A DNA stretch of 64,000 bases from Patescibacteria group bacterium. Lineage in GTDB: Bacteria; Patescibacteriota; Microgenomatia; 2-02-FULL-39-11. The DNA is taken from assembly GCA_023379265.1 (NCBI GenBank), contig JAMCUI010000004.1, positions 9,273-73,272 on the forward strand, in the 5' to 3' direction. Of this stretch, positions 1-9,604 are shown piece by piece; positions within the stretch are counted from its first letter, which is position 1, and every line of letters begins with the position of its first letter. A program made the position numbers and the translations under genes. The notes below the pieces were generated by a model. It saw only the letters and a list, made by a program, of their open reading frames with translations, was not told the DNA's origin and ran no database searches.

Positions 1-320
1 ATCAAAGAAATTTAGAGAGATTTTGGAAAAAGTCAACTGTTTTTATTGTCCCAATTAGATACGGATCAGGATTAAGACTAAAAATATTAGAAGCAATGTC
101 CTGGGGAATACCAATAATTTCAACTGACGAAGGAGCTAAAGGTTTAGAAGTAAAAAACGGTCGCGAAATCCTTTTGGTTCAAAGCGGGAAAGATTTTACA
201 GATAAAATTGAATTACTTCTCAATAAAAAAAATCTTCAAAAAAAGCTTGTCGAAAATGCTTATATATTTCTATCTAAAAACCATTCATTAAATAAACTGC
301 AAAAGATATTCACAACATAA
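1..320 (+). CDS. glycosyltransferase family 1 (GT4-like), C-terminal fragment; the 5' end lies outside the window
   Basis: The frame is open from the window start. It translates to ...FIVPIRYGSGLRLKILEAMSWGIPIISTDEGA..., the classic GT1 C-terminal motif (E-x7-E region). Confidence 0.7.
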   Translation, partial: QRNLERFWKKSTVFIVPIRYGSGLRLKILEAMSWGIPIISTDEGAKGLEVKNGREILLVQSGKDFTDKIELLLNKKNLQKKLVENAYIFLSKNHSLNKLQKIFTT

Positions 321-600
321 TTAAATGATAGCGGGTCATAATTATTTATAACTTATTTAATTCCCACCATCTTGTTAATATTTTTGCTCCCTTAACAACT
401 TACAATAGATAAATAAGGTTAGTAATTTCCAGAGGGTTGGGAACATTGTAAATCACTACCAAATGATACAGAAAACAGTAGGCTACCAGATACGATAAAC
501 CGCCAAAAACTCTAAGGTCAATTTAATCAGACTATTTCTTAATTAGGCCTAAACAACACATAAAAGTATAATAACCACTGAACAATTTTACTTGTAAGTA

Positions 601-3426
601 TTACCATTTAACTATCTCAATTGGTCCATTATCTACATATACATCCATATTAGGTCCTGTTTTGACCACAGAATAAACATAAGCACTTGAATGAACGTTC
701 TTAAGAACAGGATCACCTCCATCCGGTGCCATTTTACCCTTAACTGATTGATGATAATGTATCGTATTCCCATCAGAATCTACCTTATCCCAATCTAAAT
801 TAGCTATTAATGATCTGTCAGGATTCACTCTGAGCTCAAATGTATAGAGAATATTAGGATTAATCGTAAAACCATCTGGAAAATAAATCCTATCTGAAAT
901 ATCATCATTCTGATTCATAGGTGCTAAAAATGGATGACCATATTTGTCAATATCCACCGTAGCTACATTATGCCATACACCGTCTTGCTCACCTGTTTTG
1001 TTAAATGCACTTATCACATTCATATCTCCTTCATATACCCATCCGTTACTCATCCTAAACGGTACTATCACAGAAAAAGGTCCAGATATAGTTTCCCCCC
1101 ATTTATTTAATTGGACTCTAACATTACCTCCCTCAGTGACATGGTATCTGATAATACCATTAGTCAATAACTCAACATGACCCCCCGTTTCCTGTAAATT
1201 AGTCCAACCCGGATCTTTCCAGGAGCGTGAATCGTCGTTGTGAGCTAATGAAGCAGGACTTTTCCATTCAATTTGATTTGGGGCTGGTGTTATCTCTGGT
1301 ACAAGAGTTTGCGTAGGAGATGGCGCTTTAAGCTTCACTATCCCGTCAAGATTCACGGAATAGACCTTCCCTGTAACGTCATCCTTTACTTGAGTCACGT
1401 ACACTTTCCCACCGACCGAATCCAACTTGAAATACAGATTATCCCTATGGTTGACCAATTCTTGATTTTCAAGTATGACTGATAACTGTGAGCCTATATA
1501 GTAATCAGCATTCTTATCAGAGAGAAATTTAATAACAGCCTTCCGTGTACCATTTGCATCAAGCTCAATAAAATCCTTCAAATTAGAAGGGGAGGATCCA
1601 TTAGATGACCTATAATATCTTGCCCAATCAATTCCTACCAATGCATCGTTTGAAAGTGCCAGATTGAAACTTTGTCCATCTAGAACAAAAACCAAATCTA
1701 ACCAATATTTACTCTTATCTAGACCTGCGTTGCTTTCGATTTTATCTTCATTAACAGTACCCATAAAGCTTGCCCAGCTATCAGTACTAAATTCCCCATG
1801 AACCGCTGTCGGCGTGGCTGTTACTGCTTCTATGGCTGTTGCTTTAGGAGATGGACTAAGAGTGGGAGTCTCAGTTGGTTGGACCACATTTACCATTTTG
1901 CCGGACTCCCGATCAAACGTGGCAATCGTTTGCCATGGACTATCCAGACTTGACCCCTGTCTCTCCCATACCCATGTCCCGTCATCCGTAAATCTTCCTC
2001 TCATATCTCTTGGCACCGGAGGAGGTTGAGTAGCTTCTCCTTTGGAATTCGGAAACCATCTGTTTCCCGTGCTATCCACAATTATCCAATTTACCTTTGC
2101 GGTACTATCCACACTTGGCATTTCCGAAAGAATTGCATCGGGATTTGTCTGATAAATCCTCCTTGCGGCTGTCGCCAGCTGCGGAGCAAAAGCATTTCTT
2201 GCGGAAATCACGTCAACACCATGAAGATCGGAAGGCAAATTACTTCCGTCATACCACATACCTGTTGCCTTATCCCAAATCTGATCTGCCTGTTTCTTGC
2301 CTGAGGCCAAATTTTCCCCTTTACCTTGTCTTATGATGTTTGACCCATCAGAAGTAAATCCTAAATCTCCTGCTGAAGAAGACAATTTTTCTATCCTGTA
2401 CTCCGTCGAATTTCCAATCACGATAGCAGATAGAGTGTATTGATCCTGACCGTGGGAAACAATAAGCGTCGGCGAAGCATTATTACTTTCCCAGGTGTTT
2501 AGCAATGATCTAGTCAAAGGCATTCTGACGCTAAATTCTGATATATTTGTAGAGGGGAATCTCCCAAGAAGAGCTCTACCGGTAATCCCCATATAGTACA
2601 AAATGAATTGGGCGTCAGTAGAAGGAGCCGCGGAACTATCCGGTTTATAATTATTTACGTAAGTAGCCAACTGTCTACTAAGCGCCGGATCTGATAATGA
2701 AGGATCAGGAGTAAAAGTAGGATAGGCTGAAACAACAGGTGTAGCCTCTCTTGAATTCCCAACAACAACGGTAGGAGTAGCTTCTCCCGCATGCAGTGTG
2801 GATGCGCAGGAAGTAAGAATTGCTCCTGAACCAAAGAATAATTCCGCTGCCGAGCCGCCGACATCCGCAACTGTCTGGACAACTTCACCAACCGTATTTG
2901 CGGCTTGGGAAGCCACTACTTCAATATCTGATTCAGTCTTCTTTCCTTTACTGATAATATCCGGATCGCCAAAAGTATCTGTATTTCTAATCTCATTTCT
3001 TGCTTGAGCTATTGCGGCGGAATTTGGTCCCTTATGATGCGCGCCGTCAAATAAAGTACTCCTTCTTGCCTGAGTATTGTTTGGCGATTGATCTTTGCCT
3101 CTAACGCCTTGATCCTGAGCGTGTCCCTGATCGTAACTTGGTGGAGAGGAAGTATTCCCTGCCTGCTTTACAGAAGTGTTACCCTGATCTCCCTTTTTAT
3201 CGGCAAGATACGAACTTTGTGAGGAATCCCTGACACTAAGCCCTGCCGGCGGCCTGCCGTTTCCTTTATTGTCCGCAGAATATTTATTGGGACTTTCAAC
3301 AGGTCCGCCCCCAGCTAAAAACCGGACCATTGTAACACCTAACGCTACCTTCGGTGCGTATTTCTTCCCCATGTCCAATGCCTTCTGTAACCCCAGATGC
3401 TGTTGTTCCTGTTTTGATCCTGGCAT
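601..3426 (-). CDS. large hypothetical protein (941 aa) with a polar low-complexity N-terminus and Thr/Pro-rich linkers
   Basis: Long uninterrupted ORF. There is no recognisable catalytic motif and no obvious signal peptide. PTETPTLSPSPK / APSPTQTLVPEITPAP linker segments are present. Confidence 0.55.
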   Translation of the reverse strand: MPGSKQEQQHLGLQKALDMGKKYAPKVALGVTMVRFLAGGGPVESPNKYSADNKGNGRPPAGLSVRDSSQSSYLADKKGDQGNTSVKQAGNTSSPPSYDQGHAQDQGVRGKDQSPNNTQARRSTLFDGAHHKGPNSAAIAQARNEIRNTDTFGDPDIISKGKKTESDIEVVASQAANTVGEVVQTVADVGGSAAELFFGSGAILTSCASTLHAGEATPTVVVGNSREATPVVSAYPTFTPDPSLSDPALSRQLATYVNNYKPDSSAAPSTDAQFILYYMGITGRALLGRFPSTNISEFSVRMPLTRSLLNTWESNNASPTLIVSHGQDQYTLSAIVIGNSTEYRIEKLSSSAGDLGFTSDGSNIIRQGKGENLASGKKQADQIWDKATGMWYDGSNLPSDLHGVDVISARNAFAPQLATAARRIYQTNPDAILSEMPSVDSTAKVNWIIVDSTGNRWFPNSKGEATQPPPVPRDMRGRFTDDGTWVWERQGSSLDSPWQTIATFDRESGKMVNVVQPTETPTLSPSPKATAIEAVTATPTAVHGEFSTDSWASFMGTVNEDKIESNAGLDKSKYWLDLVFVLDGQSFNLALSNDALVGIDWARYYRSSNGSSPSNLKDFIELDANGTRKAVIKFLSDKNADYYIGSQLSVILENQELVNHRDNLYFKLDSVGGKVYVTQVKDDVTGKVYSVNLDGIVKLKAPSPTQTLVPEITPAPNQIEWKSPASLAHNDDSRSWKDPGWTNLQETGGHVELLTNGIIRYHVTEGGNVRVQLNKWGETISGPFSVIVPFRMSNGWVYEGDMNVISAFNKTGEQDGVWHNVATVDIDKYGHPFLAPMNQNDDISDRIYFPDGFTINPNILYTFELRVNPDRSLIANLDWDKVDSDGNTIHYHQSVKGKMAPDGGDPVLKNVHSSAYVYSVVKTGPNMDVYVDNGPIEIVKW

Positions 3427-3433
3427 ATATTAA

Positions 3434-3456
3434 AAACCTGCTATTTGTAGCAGGTT
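3434..3456. promoter_or_regulatory. 9-bp perfect hairpin (aacctgcta-tttg-tagcaggtt) lying 8 nt upstream of the start codon of the 601..3426 gene
   Basis: The inverted repeat is read directly from the sequence. It is flanked by A-rich and T-rich runs. Confidence 0.3.
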
Positions 3457-3821
3457 AGCTTTTTATAATAATTTTTCCTTTTATATAAGGAAAACTGTAA
3501 AAAATCAATAAAAAATATTTATAACATTGTTTCATTTAACTTAAAAGTTATACCTTATTATCGATAACTGTAAACTAAATTACACTCTATGTAATATTAT
3601 AATTTATCACTATCCTATAGTTTTGTCAAGAAAGCTAGAAAATAGAGTCAGAGGTGGAGACAGTAGGGTATAGAAGTCTGATTTGGAGAAAGACCGCATA
3701 GTAAAATATACGATCATATAAGCTTATTGTAAACAACCATACATATTTGTCAACACCGAATCACTTATAACCGGACAGGAAGTGGAAAATCGACCCAAGA
3801 CTACCATATAATAATTCTATT

Positions 3822-6002
3822 GTGAAAAATAATATCATTTATCTAGTATTCATTTTTTTACTTATCCTTATCGTTTATTCACTAACCACTAGACTATTTG
3901 AAAAAACGCTTTTTGTCTCCACAAACGGAAGTGATAACAATTCCGGAACTTTCGGCAAACCGCTCAGATCCATTCAATATGCAGTAAATATCGCTACTGC
4001 CGGCACCACAATCCATATCCTACCCGGTACTTACAGGGAGTCTGTCACGGTATCAAACAGCGGAACAAAAGACTCTCCAATCACTTTATATGTTGCCCCT
4101 TCTGATAGAGGAAAAGTGATACTTGAAGGATCCGAACTTTCATCACAAATGATATGGCATAAATGCAATACCGTGAATTGTAAAAAAATTCCAGTGAATT
4201 CCGGACATGAAGTTTTTTTTACTCATCTGGATTGGAATGAAATACCTTATCAGATATATGAGAATATATCGGGAAGAGATTTATACCCATTACGTCTTGC
4301 TAGAACTCCAAATTATAACGTCACAACAGATTGGAAATTTCACCAGAACTGGTGGACCTCAGAAGATTCCTCTGAAAATAATAAAGTTTTGTCTGATCAC
4401 AAGCTGAAAAACATAGGTGATATCAACGGCGCTACAATAAACCTGATTGACGGTGGAACGCGTTGCGGAGAATTTTCATATTCCAGAGTTATAGATAATT
4501 TCAACGGACAAAAAGGCCAAATCATCTTTGATCAACCGGTAGGCTTCTCAATTTTCGGCTCCCAAGAAAACGGTATAAGCCAGTACACGAAATATTATGT
4601 CGAAAATAAACCACAATTTCTGGATGAAAAAGGGGAATGGTTCTATGACAAGAAAAGTGGAATACTTTATATCTGGCCATTGGAAGAGAAAAACCCAAAA
4701 AATCTTGACATCGAAATTTCAAAGAGATCCTTTGGATTGAACTTATCAAAAGCTTCAAACTTTATAGTAGACGGTTTGACTATCAAATATATAAACGAAT
4801 CAGATATATTTCACAACGAATCCTCTGCAGCAATCATTATTAATCCAGAAGAAAACTCTCAAGTTAAAAATATCAAGTTAGTGAACTTAGACATCAATCA
4901 TTCGTCAGCCGGAATTACTATCTCCAGCCCCTATAACTTATCTAGAGTAGAAAACATATCACTTACCAAAAGCAAAATTGACTATATTGATAAAAATGTC
5001 TTCGTTGCTGCTGCATCTTCACAATTCCCTTCAAATGTATCCAATATAACCATTAACGACTCTGATTTTGGATTTTCATCATTCCAAAACAACGATATCG
5101 GTCTTAGTTTTGTCAGAGTAAGCAACATCAAACTTGTAAATAATAAAATCCACGATTTTGCCAATTATCCAATCGTTTTTACCGGTTTTGAGAGAAATGA
5201 CGGTACCGTAAAAAACTTAGTAATAGAAAATAATTTTATAAATAATAATTGTCTAAATCTTTCAGCCTGTAGCTCGATAAAAATATATGGAGGAAAATTT
5301 TTAGATACACTCATAAAAAATAACATCATGGAGAATAATAAGGGTTGGTCTTATTGCCAGGAAGCAAAATATGGACAAGGTTATGCTCATGGAATATTCA
5401 TCAGCAATGCCAGCGGAATTACCGTCCAGAATAATATAATCTTAAACATGTCTGACATCGGTATTGAAATTTACCCGAGGCAAATTCCTACTACCAACAA
5501 CTACATTATAAATAACTTGATTAGTCGTTCTTCAACCGGAATAAATCTTGGTAACCCAAAAGATGCATTTGATTTGAATAAACTTGCACACAACACCAGA
5601 CATGACGGAGATATAATAAAAAATAACATTTTTCTGAATAATAATACCGCAATTAATATCGATCCAGCTGATTCAAACAGTATAGCAATTGACTACAGTG
5701 CCTATATCAACAATAAAAATGATATGATTTTCAGAAATGATCCGTTGATTTCTTTAAATTCCATTAGAAATGCTTTTCCTAAATGGGACATTCATTCTAT
5801 AGAAACAAATACTCAAGCATTCAGAAATGCAAAAAGTGGTGATTTTAATCTTTACTACACCAGTCCGCTTCGAGGAAAAGGAGAACCGCAATCCGGCAAT
5901 CCGTGGATCCAAGCCAACTTGTTTCTCCTGGGTCTGGCAAATGATATCGGTCCCTGCAAATTTTCCTGGGTGGGAAATACGTGCGCTGTTAACGGAAACT
6001 AG
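3822..6002 (+). CDS. right-handed parallel beta-helix repeat protein (pectin-lyase fold) with an N-terminal signal/anchor
   Basis: N-terminal hydrophobic segment MKNNIIYLVFIFLLILIVYSL. Repeated NNxIxNN-type beta-helix rungs (IENNFINNN, IKNNIMENN, VQNNIILN, IINNLISR, IKNNIFLNNN). Confidence 0.7.
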   Translation: MKNNIIYLVFIFLLILIVYSLTTRLFEKTLFVSTNGSDNNSGTFGKPLRSIQYAVNIATAGTTIHILPGTYRESVTVSNSGTKDSPITLYVAPSDRGKVILEGSELSSQMIWHKCNTVNCKKIPVNSGHEVFFTHLDWNEIPYQIYENISGRDLYPLRLARTPNYNVTTDWKFHQNWWTSEDSSENNKVLSDHKLKNIGDINGATINLIDGGTRCGEFSYSRVIDNFNGQKGQIIFDQPVGFSIFGSQENGISQYTKYYVENKPQFLDEKGEWFYDKKSGILYIWPLEEKNPKNLDIEISKRSFGLNLSKASNFIVDGLTIKYINESDIFHNESSAAIIINPEENSQVKNIKLVNLDINHSSAGITISSPYNLSRVENISLTKSKIDYIDKNVFVAAASSQFPSNVSNITINDSDFGFSSFQNNDIGLSFVRVSNIKLVNNKIHDFANYPIVFTGFERNDGTVKNLVIENNFINNNCLNLSACSSIKIYGGKFLDTLIKNNIMENNKGWSYCQEAKYGQGYAHGIFISNASGITVQNNIILNMSDIGIEIYPRQIPTTNNYIINNLISRSSTGINLGNPKDAFDLNKLAHNTRHDGDIIKNNIFLNNNTAINIDPADSNSIAIDYSAYINNKNDMIFRNDPLISLNSIRNAFPKWDIHSIETNTQAFRNAKSGDFNLYYTSPLRGKGEPQSGNPWIQANLFLLGLANDIGPCKFSWVGNTCAVNGN

Positions 6003-7396
6003 AAACTGTCCAAGATTCTTTGCAGTTTAATACTCACCTCCTCATCCTTTGCCGGATTTTGGGAAGAAAGGTCGCCTAATTCTTTTTTATCAGATCCTAA
6101 ATTATAAAGTTCATTTATATTAGTCTCCAAATCAGTAATAATTTTCCATCCGTCAGAAGTGATAAACGCCCTCTTAAATACCGCATAGCGATAATCTGTT
6201 TCGGAAAAAGCATCAAGATTCATCTTGCCGCCCTCCATAGCCGGAATTAGACTCACTCCTTGCATTTGTTTTTTTAATACATCATCGGGTGCAATATCCA
6301 ATACCGACAAAACTGTAGGCATGACATCTATACTACTAACTAAACTGTTAATTTTTACTCCGGAACTCATCCCGGGTACTGAAATTATTAAAGGCACATG
6401 AATAAGCTCCTGATAAAGGCTGTGGCCGTGGTCTATCTGCCCGTGGTCATACAATTCCTCGCCATGACCTGAGGTAAAAACAAAGATTGTTTTATCCATT
6501 AAACCCAATTTTTTGTATTCAGATAGAAATTTGGCGAGTTCTGTATCAGCACGCTGTAATTTCTCATCATATATCGCATTTAGAAATCTGACATCGTCCT
6601 TTGAAAGAAAAAGCTTTCCCTGGGCTAGACCGCTCTCACGAAGCTGAACCTCCTCATCTTTTGATCCCGTCAACTTACCTTTATAGGGAAAATCCAAAAA
6701 ACGGAAGTCATAACCGCCTTGGGGAACATATTCGCCATGGGTATCATAACCCTGAAGAAAGACAAAGAACTTATTTTCCTTGTGTGCTTTTATCCAATCG
6801 ATAGCCTTGGGATAGGTATATGGCAACCCGGCAAAATCCTTATCGTCAACATAGGTATCAAAACCAGCGCTGTAACCAAATTCACGGTTTACCGCAGCGC
6901 TTCCGGTAAATCCGCCTGTAGCATAACCGTTTTTCTTCAGAAATTCGGCAAAAGTAACAATGTCAGGCGCAAGCACCTTAAGATTGGAAATAATCTGAGA
7001 TCCCGGTGACAGAAGAGTGTATTTATTCAAAACTTTGTGTCTGGATGGATAAACTCCAGTCAACAAACTCATGTCAGCAGGAAGAGTCCAGGATGAAGCA
7101 CTGATATCGTTTGTAAAAGCGAAACCATGTGAGGCTAAAGAATCAATCGTAGGAGTAGTATCACGCATATACCCATATGAGTGGATATGATCCGCGCGAA
7201 GCGGATCCAAGACGATAAGCACTATATTACAATCACGGCAGGATATATCCGAAGGGTAATTTACTAACCTTGATTCATTTTTTCCCGAATGAAATACGGT
7301 GCTATAGATTACTGCTCCAGCAAGTATTAAAATTATAAAAGCAGCGATAATAACAAATTTATATTTCAAAGCGACACTGTCAAACCGCATCAGCAT
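5999..7396 (-). CDS. sulfatase-like / LtaS-family alkaline-phosphatase-superfamily enzyme, membrane anchored
   Basis: N-terminal TM segment. Motifs CNIVLIVLDPLRADH and SGHGEELYDHGQIDHGHSLYQELIHVPLII are typical of the sulfatase / phosphoglycerol-transferase fold. Confidence 0.7.
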   Translation of the reverse strand: MLMRFDSVALKYKFVIIAAFIILILAGAVIYSTVFHSGKNESRLVNYPSDISCRDCNIVLIVLDPLRADHIHSYGYMRDTTPTIDSLASHGFAFTNDISASSWTLPADMSLLTGVYPSRHKVLNKYTLLSPGSQIISNLKVLAPDIVTFAEFLKKNGYATGGFTGSAAVNREFGYSAGFDTYVDDKDFAGLPYTYPKAIDWIKAHKENKFFVFLQGYDTHGEYVPQGGYDFRFLDFPYKGKLTGSKDEEVQLRESGLAQGKLFLSKDDVRFLNAIYDEKLQRADTELAKFLSEYKKLGLMDKTIFVFTSGHGEELYDHGQIDHGHSLYQELIHVPLIISVPGMSSGVKINSLVSSIDVMPTVLSVLDIAPDDVLKKQMQGVSLIPAMEGGKMNLDAFSETDYRYAVFKRAFITSDGWKIITDLETNINELYNLGSDKKELGDLSSQNPAKDEEVSIKLQRILDSF

Positions 7397-7420
7397 ATAA
7401 AATTATTTTAGCATTATTTT

Positions 7421-8032
7421 ATGTCCATCAAACATCCAAGGAAAAAAACAACACCGCTTATTTTTCTTCTGTTCCTTGTTTTCTTTGCTTTATCCGCTTT
7501 TATTGTCACAATAATTTCACACTGCCAAAAAATTCAGTGTATTTCCATGGCTGATCTTCCTAAATACTCCCTGAAAGAAATCTACCAGAATACCAACAAT
7601 ATATACCGCGCGCTTTATACAAATGACAAGGATATACTTCGCGTCGAGATTAGGTCTGGAATAAACGAAACGGAAGCGCAAAAATCTATCGACGCACAAA
7701 CTGCCAGGATGGAAGCTCTTTTTGCCGATGCCACCTCGCCCTATCCCGGAGACATAACAAACGAGATAAGCTGCAACAGCAAATTCAAGCCGAAAATGGC
7801 AATAGAGAACATAAACGGAATAAGAATCACCCACTTTACAGGATACCTGAACAACAGGCTGACGTTTGGCGCATGTACAGATGACCAAGCTGTTAATAAA
7901 GGAATTGAAGCGTTATTTTATTGTTCTAGTCAACGAAAACTTTACCAAACAGAGATTATCGCTCCTACAAGTAAATTCAACTCAAATGAAAATTTCTATA
8001 ATGGAGTATTACATTCAATACGTTGTAAATGA
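7421..8032 (+). CDS. hypothetical membrane-anchored Cys-rich protein
   Basis: ORF with an N-terminal TM (LIFLLFLVFFALSAFIVTII). No recognisable motif. Confidence 0.45.
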   Translation: MSIKHPRKKTTPLIFLLFLVFFALSAFIVTIISHCQKIQCISMADLPKYSLKEIYQNTNNIYRALYTNDKDILRVEIRSGINETEAQKSIDAQTARMEALFADATSPYPGDITNEISCNSKFKPKMAIENINGIRITHFTGYLNNRLTFGACTDDQAVNKGIEALFYCSSQRKLYQTEIIAPTSKFNSNENFYNGVLHSIRCK

Positions 8033-8035
8033 TTC

Positions 8036-9604
8036 CTAAAAATATCCTGTTTTTATAAGTTTTTTTCTTTCCTCTTGATCCACCCATGCCGGAAACGGTT
8101 GGTTATCTTTCTGCTCATACACCGGTTGTTTATCAAGTATGGTATTTAATTTATTTTCCATTGAGGCAGCTATTCCTGGGTATTCGAAAATAACATTTTT
8201 TGTCTCATTATAATCATTATCCAGATTGTATAATTCACGCATTATATTGCCATTGAAATTCTGATTTATTATCAGCTTCCAATCCTTAGTCAAAATAGCC
8301 TGTTTACCTATCTGTAAACGTTGAGTAACAACATATTTATTCTCATAGGTAGAAAATAGATCATTCCCCTGAAATTGTGCGGGTGTGCTTATGCCCAAAA
8401 TATGAAATAATGAAGGAGCAATATCAATACTCTCTGCCAGTTTACCAATCACCTGTGGTTTTGCCCCCGGTATGTACATAATCAATGGTACATGAATCTC
8501 TTCGTTATATAAATCTGCACCGTGAGACCAATTACCGTGTTCCTGAAATTCTTCACCATGGTCAGCAGTGATTATGACTACAGTATTTTTCAGGAAATTT
8601 TTATCCTTAAGATATTGGAAAAACTTTTTCAGTTCAAAATCCAACTCATAAATTCTAGCCTCATAAAATGCTTGAATATACTTTCTTCTTTCATCTAGGG
8701 GGATATTTGAAAAAGCACTCATATAACTATCTACCCTTTCATCAAAAAACTGTGCGGTTTCAGCATATGATGACGAGTCGATATACTTTTGCGTATACAA
8801 TGTGAGAACATTACAATAATCTCCAGACGGATTTCCTTTTGGTATTAAATTTTTAATTCTATCAGGGTGTAGATTCATTAATTCTTCATAAGTCTTTTTA
8901 CATAAATCATTATATGAAATATAAGCAGTGGCGGGACCGTTATAAAATTTCTTAATGTCCTCTTTTTTGGGAATATATGGTATGTGTACCCAATATGAAT
9001 GAAGAAGAGCAAAGAATTTTTGGTCTCCTTTTATATCCTTATTCATATCAGCCATCCATGTTTGAGGGTCATCGGCAGATTCAATAAGTTTAAATCCTCT
9101 TCCCAATCCGCGATCCAATGGTTGGTTAATATCTCCTATGGAACTGGCATACATTGTCAGGTAACCGTTTTTTTGGAGTATCTGCGTCAATGTTACGATC
9201 TGGTTGCTTAAATTACTCACTAACGGAATAATCATTTTATGAGAAGATGGTAATAGGGAAGTGAAAATGGAAAATCGGTTATCCAAAGTATATGAACTCT
9301 GACTGTATGAATTTTTAAAAAGGAATGATTTGCTAGCAAAATCACAAAGGTTGGGAGCAGTATTTTTAATATACCCGTAGCAGGGTAGACTCTTGGCCCG
9401 CAGTGGAACGATGGTCATTAGTATCACGTTACAATCCTTACAGAAACCTTCTGGCAGTATATTTCTTTTTAAAAGATCAATTCCAAATATAGTCTTCAGG
9501 AAAAAAAATTGAAAAGCGGCAAATACCAGAATAAACGCAATAAAAGAAAAACCGACAATATATTTTTTACGGTGTTGTAACATTTTCCACTCAGTTAAAA
9601 ACAT
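8036..9604 (-). CDS. sulfatase-like / LtaS-family alkaline-phosphatase-superfamily enzyme (paralog of 5999..7396)
   Basis: N-terminal TM. Motifs CNVILMTIVPLRA and ITADHGEEFQEHGNWSHGADLYNEEIHVPLIMYIPG. Confidence 0.7.
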   Translation of the reverse strand: MFLTEWKMLQHRKKYIVGFSFIAFILVFAAFQFFFLKTIFGIDLLKRNILPEGFCKDCNVILMTIVPLRAKSLPCYGYIKNTAPNLCDFASKSFLFKNSYSQSSYTLDNRFSIFTSLLPSSHKMIIPLVSNLSNQIVTLTQILQKNGYLTMYASSIGDINQPLDRGLGRGFKLIESADDPQTWMADMNKDIKGDQKFFALLHSYWVHIPYIPKKEDIKKFYNGPATAYISYNDLCKKTYEELMNLHPDRIKNLIPKGNPSGDYCNVLTLYTQKYIDSSSYAETAQFFDERVDSYMSAFSNIPLDERRKYIQAFYEARIYELDFELKKFFQYLKDKNFLKNTVVIITADHGEEFQEHGNWSHGADLYNEEIHVPLIMYIPGAKPQVIGKLAESIDIAPSLFHILGISTPAQFQGNDLFSTYENKYVVTQRLQIGKQAILTKDWKLIINQNFNGNIMRELYNLDNDYNETKNVIFEYPGIAASMENKLNTILDKQPVYEQKDNQPFPAWVDQEERKKLIKTGYF

